DNA of 64,000 nucleotides from Eledone cirrhosa (Eukaryota). The notes beneath the pieces were generated by a model. The model ran no database searches, was not told the DNA's origin, and saw only the letters and a program-made list of their open reading frames with translations. The DNA lies in the NCBI GenBank assembly GCA_964016885.1, contig OZ024755.1, forward strand, positions 20,150,001 to 20,214,000, read 5' to 3'. This document shows, piece after piece, positions 58,490 through 64,000 of this stretch (positions are counted from its first letter, which is position 1; each line of letters starts with the position of its first letter). Both the position numbers and the translations under genes were made by a program.

Positions 58490-58541
58490 GCTCTGATGAT
58501 TCCTGTCCCATGGTATGAATGAAACATTGTCAGCAAATAAA
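58490..58541 (+). ncRNA. Putative minimal type-I hammerhead followed by AATAAA
   Basis: GCT-CTGATGA(58493)-TTC...GAA-T-GAAAC-ATT-GTC(58529-58531)-AGC, then AATAAA. Confidence 0.55.
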
Positions 58542-58577
58542 AAGTGTATGAGTATGTAGGCGTTCTTTGATTTCTTT

Positions 58578-58611
<34 letters not shown>

Positions 58612-58664
58612 TCGTTTTTGTATTTTGTTTGCAAGATTTCCTATCTGAAATATATATATAGATA

Positions 58665-59025
58665 TGGCTAGTATACTTTTATTCTTTTTATTGATTTATA
58701 TTCACCATTCCTTCCGTAGGCAATATGTCCGTCACTCTGGTGGTTTTTGACCCCCTATAATTGAACACATATCTCTATGTGTACTTCTCTCTATATGTTG
58801 GTTTATAAAGAGCCCAGAATATATATTCCTTGAGCTCTCTAAATTATAGGGGAATAATTTGAGTTTTTAACTCCGTTTTTTAATCCCCTATAATTTAGAG
58901 AGCGAAGTACACACAGAGATATGTGTTCAATTATAGGGGATCAAAAACCACCAGAGTGACGAACATATTAGCTACGGAAGGAATGGTGAATATAAATCAA
59001 TAAAATAAATAAATTATACTAACCA
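58665..59025. mobile_element. Family F: ~130-bp inverted repeats with a nested 20-bp inverted repeat
   Basis: Arms at 58665-58793 and 58896-59025; inner GCTCTCTAAATTATAGGGGA (58834-58853) and its reverse complement (58884-58903); flanked by TA. Confidence 0.8.
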
Positions 59026-59164
59026 TATATATGTATATATATATATCCCTCGCCATGTCTGAACGACACCTGTTTCTAACAGAGAATGATAAAGTGTGAT
59101 AGAGAGAAAATATGAGAAAGAGATATTCAGGTAGAAACGAATCCAGTATTAGACTGGGATTGTT

Positions 59165-59295
59165 GCTATCGACCTCGAAAAGACAAAAAAGCCAAGTTTA
59201 ATTCGGCGAGATTTGAACTCAGAATGCAAAACGCCGGAATGTCCTGTCGAAGCGCATTCTATCCGACGTTTAAACGCCTCTGTTAATTCGCTACC
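59165..59295 (-). mobile_element. Old, diverged family A-related SINE
   Basis: ATCGACC..AAAGTT..CGGCGAGATTTGAACTCAGAA. Confidence 0.6.
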
Positions 59296-60010
59296 TCGAT
59301 TCTGGTACTACTTATAATGAAACACTAGAATGAGAAGAAACTAGCGGAGATATGCTTCGGCAAATATTGTAGCAATAAAATCCCAACAATGGAATCAATT
59401 TTATGATGTGTGGAAGTAAAGAAATCAAGTGTTTCATAGAGGTGAGTAATTATTGCTGGTTTTTTTTTATATACATAAACTGGGAATAGTTCGAGTGAGA
59501 AAAATGTTATATCAGTAAAAAAAATATGGATGGAATGGTGTAGTGATGGCGAGGTGAGGGAGAAAAGAAACGGAGATGTAAGGAAAGGGAAAAGGTTTCG
59601 GTAATGAATTGTTGTGGCTTGAGGTGAGACGCTTGCCAAATCTACGAAAGATAAATCAAGAAGAATGCCAGATTTGAAAAACATTATTAGGCGAGAGAAA
59701 AAAACAGTGAAACACTATATAATATATAGATTCACACACATGTATCTACATACAAGAACATACACGCACACACAATGGCAGGCACAAACACACACGCGCT
59801 GATATTCTTTTACATTCTTTAGCGTTTTCCGACAATATACACGAAAAGCCAATAGATTTTTTTGAGGGACGTTCTGGATCCTTCATTATTTAATAATCAC
59901 AGCAGCTAAAGGAACAGCCCTGTTTATCAGTGAAACATTCAGTAACCCTGATCTAAGTCACAAATTGTTAGCAGAAATATAATATAATATATATTATATT
60001 ATATTATATT

Positions 60011-60200
60011 TCCTGAGCAAAACACTTCATTTTACGTTGCTCCAGTATACTCAGCTGAAAGTGTGTACCAACAATATCTGGTGGGTTTAACTTTGCGATG
60101 GACATGGCGTCCTGTCCGGGGAGGAATCTTGTACTCTTAGTCGCATCACGCTATGAAACCGGGATAAGCACCAGCCAAATGAACCTTCTGGCTTAAGACA
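60011..60200 (+). mobile_element. SINE family B body, head lost
   Basis: CCTGAGCAAAACACTTCATTTTACGTTGCTCC matches 48689-48720; continues GCGATGGAC..GGCGTCCTGTCC. Confidence 0.65.
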
Positions 60201-60699
60201 GACTTTAGACTTTTTTTAGATACCAGGAGATGGGGCTCCACCAGGCTTGAAATGTCCTAAGAACATCGTATGCCACTACGAGACCCCTACTATTCTGGCA
60301 GGAGTTACGGGTCCTTATATGCATGCATATATTTGAAATGTCATTGCTGTTGACATTTAACGATTAACAAATACGTCAAGGCTATTTCTGTTATATCGAA
60401 TTTTTACTACTCTATGGATTAAACAACTTCTTCAAAGGTAACTAACTGCCAACCTTTGATAATTCCGTACTTTGATCTAACAAATATCTTATGTCGATTG
60501 TTTGTGTATTAGTCTCCGATTGATAAAGTATATTATTATTGCCAAACATCCATTCGATAGACGTCCATACTTGATTACAGTTATAAGGACGTTTGAAGTA
60601 ACTACATTATTGAAATATATTTGATGTTGTATCATTGGAAGACATGACTTGACCAGTCGAGGAATCGATGGCTGCCATCCTGTTTCTGGCGTTACATTC

Positions 60700-60815
60700 A
60701 CACTTCAGATATCAGTTAATCATTTCTCTGTAATCAAAATGTATTGATTCGTGGCACTGTATGTAGGTCATGAATGTTGGGTAATGACCCGCAAGACGAA
60801 GAAGATATAGTGGCT
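60700..60815 (+). pseudogene. Short RTE LINE remnant
   Basis: GHECWVMTRKTKK at 60766-60804 (cf. RTE YGxExW motif). Confidence 0.45.
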
Positions 60816-61607
60816 TAACTATTATTTCTAACAACGCGAACGACCACCTTGAGGTGCCCACATTCACACATTTTGTTTATATAATTATCTAGAAGAAAAA
60901 GAAAAAGAAAAGGAAAAAAAGGAAAAAGAAAAGGAAAAAAGAAAAGGAAAAAAGTAAAAAAAAAAGAACGACGACGACAACAACAACAACAATAAGAGAA
61001 ACTATGAATGTCATAACATCCTATGTATTTCTCAACAAACAAAAGACAACGACTGCCTATACGAGTTGAAATCAATACTGTGTACGTGAGAATGAGTTTA
61101 TTTGTTTGTCATTTTGTCAGAACAATAATTGAAGCCATGAACAATTTAATGGTTGTTGCTATTTCCTTAATTACATTTAATTAAAATATCATTAGCTTTA
61201 GATTTTCAAATGATATTGAACGTTCAAACTCTATAAAAACTTATTACTAATGAAATTATTTCCATTTGTAAATCTCATGTTACATTTTTATTTTTTTTTT
61301 AATATTAAATTCCCCAACATTGCTGTCAGCGCTGCAGAAAATTTCCGCCGAAAGGAATATGTTCCTAATCTGCCGCAGTACAAATAAAGCAATTTTAATA
61401 TTAAAGGATATAAATTATTCTCTCTTACTCTATTATATATATATATATATAAACCAAATGAAACAGATATGTGTAAATATATATATAGAGAAAAACTATA
61501 TATCGTATAAGAAACATAATATATTGTATATATACCAAATACATATTCTAATTAAGAATATGTATTTGGTATATATACAATATACTGTGTTTTTTATACT
61601 ATATTTG

Positions 61608-61658
<51 letters not shown>

Positions 61659-61754
61659 ACATATATATATACGTATATATACGTAATTTCATTTGGTTTA
61701 ACATGGCTCTAGATATTTGATATGTTTTGATTCATATATGTATGTAGGTTAAAC

Positions 61755-62060
61755 CACTGGGAATGAAGGACCCCTAACCTTTGTCAGAGCATTCTTCTAG
61801 GAGAAGGCAACCCAGGAAACTGGGATAACTCCGATATAAAACCTGCGGCTCAGTAGTTACCGATGATGTTGATCTTTTCTTCTTTTCGGGTTATAGCTAC
61901 TGTCGCTCAGAGTGGGATTGGCTCAGTGCACAGTCTTTCTTCACTTTAAAAGATATCTTCATGCACAGGCATTGCACGATAGAATTAATTACGATAGAAC
62001 TATTAATAATGGTATATCGTGCAATGGCCATACTCGATAACGAGGGGGCAGCCATCATCA
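61755..62060 (+). mobile_element. Diverged relative of family R lacking the zinc-finger segment
   Basis: Collinear with the reverse complement of 41871-42270: GACCCC..CCTTTGTCA, GATATAA.ACCTGC, ATGATGTTGA..TTCTTCTTTT, AGAGTGGGA.TGGCT, GCACAGGCATTG, TGGCC.TACTCGA.AACGAG..GGCAGCC. Confidence 0.7.
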
Positions 62061-62198
62061 TGTGTGTGCGTGCGCTAGCGTGTGCGTGTGCGTGTGTGTG
62101 TGTGCGCGCGCGCGGTTGGTATCTGCAAATAAAAGCCAAAAGAAAGCAATACTCAAGAGAGCCTATTTAGTTTATATTAAATTTCATACACTTAACGT

Positions 62199-62443
62199 TG
62201 ATGAGGAAGGTAACAGCAACCCTTTCACCACAAGAAAACTATCTGTAAAAAGGACCGATAAACAGCTCATAGTCAATGGCCATCCGCCACAACTGTGGGT
62301 TAAATAGCTCATCAACCGGCAATTGGCCAAACGTGGTGTGTACGGTTATCCCCTGACCTGACCAAAACCAAACAAAGCGGTGAAGGTTAACCAGGGAGGG
62401 GTTCCTCCATCAAGTGTGAGAAAGGCCTGGGTTAGATTGGATT
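62199..62443 (+). mobile_element. Family T element with RTE-like 5' module
   Basis: GAGGAAGGTAACAGCAACCC...AAGAAAAC, then the family T body and a GATTGGATT tail. Confidence 0.65.
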
Positions 62444-63564
62444 CTCAATCAAGACTGACATGTGGCTGACTAACAACACTAAAACCATCAACAACAAACC
62501 TGCGCTATACAAAGCTTTTGTAAAATGTATTAAATACTATGAACATCTAATTCCCTCTCTCCTTAAATTCTAAGTTGTATGGATTTGTTAGCATACACCA
62601 CTATGGCCATCGGTTTCTCATAGTCATGTTTCATAAATTCAATCTTTACATAAAAGCTATAGAAATCCTTATAACTTCTGTCCTCTTTTTAATGATTCTC
62701 ATCCTCTTCTTCCCCCTTCACATCTCCCCTTATTCTCCCTTATTTTCTCTAATCCTCTTCCTTCCTATAATATCCTTATCAGCAACATCATCATCATCAT
62801 CGTTATTATTGGTGTTTGGATTATCATTAACATTCTCTACATTATTCTCATCATTCCCATCAATAGCCACTTCATCACCAACACCATCAACGCATGCAGC
62901 GTAATCATTATTATTATTATTATTATCAATAAAATCAAAGTATTCTTCCATTGTATGTAGGCAATGTCAAAGCTAATACCCAGAGATCCTATTGTTCAGA
63001 ATGGACACGTGATGTCATCACATTGTTTCTACATCAAAACGGAAGAAATACGATCAGTTCTAGTAAAATCAGATTCTTTTGTTAAAACTCAGACAATTGG
63101 TCACGGGAAATGATTGCATATTTCTCCTGTCTCCCATGTGGCTTCAATTTGTATACCTTGAATAAGGGGTTTTCTTTTCATCCAGCTTTACCTTCTAATT
63201 TGATAGCTGTCGTTGTTGATGTTGTTGTTATTGTTGTTGAAACTCTTCGTTGTTCTTGTATCAATGATGTTTAGCTTCAATTAAACTGTGTGTGAGTTGA
63301 CCTATGATCAAACGCATGCTTTCTATCCTCATCCGAATATCTTGTTTAACTATGTCTGTTATGCCTTATGTTCGCTACCTTTGTAAGACCGTACAGTGTG
63401 TTAGAAAAGAGAATTATCTTCCTCCCCTGGCGGCTTGTGACTCATTGGTTCAAACATTACTAACTTTTGTATCTATAGAAATGATTTTAAGTGAGTCGGA
63501 CATTGAATTATAGGTTTTATATTTTCCATTACGTTTTATGTCTGTGAAAGGACAACGGATTTCG

Positions 63565-63752
63565 AATAATTGTTTCTACTTTGGACACAAGGCCAGCAAA
63601 TACCCCAGTACATTACTGGTACTTTATTTTATCGACTCCGTAAGGATGAAAGGCAAAGTTGACCTCGGCGGGATTTGAACTCAGAATGGAAAGGGCCGTA
63701 ATTCTATGAGTCAAAGCATGACGTCCGACCCTCTACCGATACTGCCAATCCA
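63565..63752 (-). mobile_element. SINE family A
   Basis: Full-length consensus match. Confidence 0.9.
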
Positions 63753-64000
63753 TTACCCTTACGAATAATATACCCCAAATAATAACACTATTTAGGGAAG
63801 TTGATATTCTTTCGTATATTAGTAAACTATTCCAGTTAGAATTGTCGCATCTTTACTTTAAATTATATATATATATATATATATATATCACAGCCTTATG
63901 AATAAATGAGATTTACACACCTTCAAAATGTTCCTGATTGTGTGTATATTATATATATATATTATATAATCATCATCACCGTTTTAACGTCCATTTTGCA

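Overview
This is an AT-rich, repeat-saturated animal genomic window with no recognisable host protein-coding exon. The SINE families and (TA)n/(CA)n load resemble an octopus-type cephalopod genome (inference from repeat content only). Nearly all ORFs in the track are microsatellite artefacts. Supported content: about 30 copies or fragments of one tRNA-headed SINE, several with 15-17 bp TSDs; a young 5'-truncated CR1/L2-group LINE with one in-frame stop (39800-41143); decayed R4/Dong and RTE LINE fragments; short RTE-derived non-autonomous elements; a 195-bp MITE with a 6-bp TSD; and 16, 28, 36, 40 and 54 bp minisatellites. The most notable signal is at least five unrelated-looking short families inserted in (TA)n tracts. 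They share one architecture: an inverted repeat, an asymmetric 3' tail and, in most, a complete or partial type-I hammerhead ribozyme core (CTGATGA...GAAA...GTH) with a near-palindromic stem III. Four families also share the tail motif CTCTRC...GYATTGWGTRC. This fits non-autonomous, ribozyme-bearing, microsatellite-associated remnants of Penelope-like elements. No autonomous partner is present, and self-cleavage is untested. Coordinates were counted by hand, so degenerate element ends may be off by several bases.
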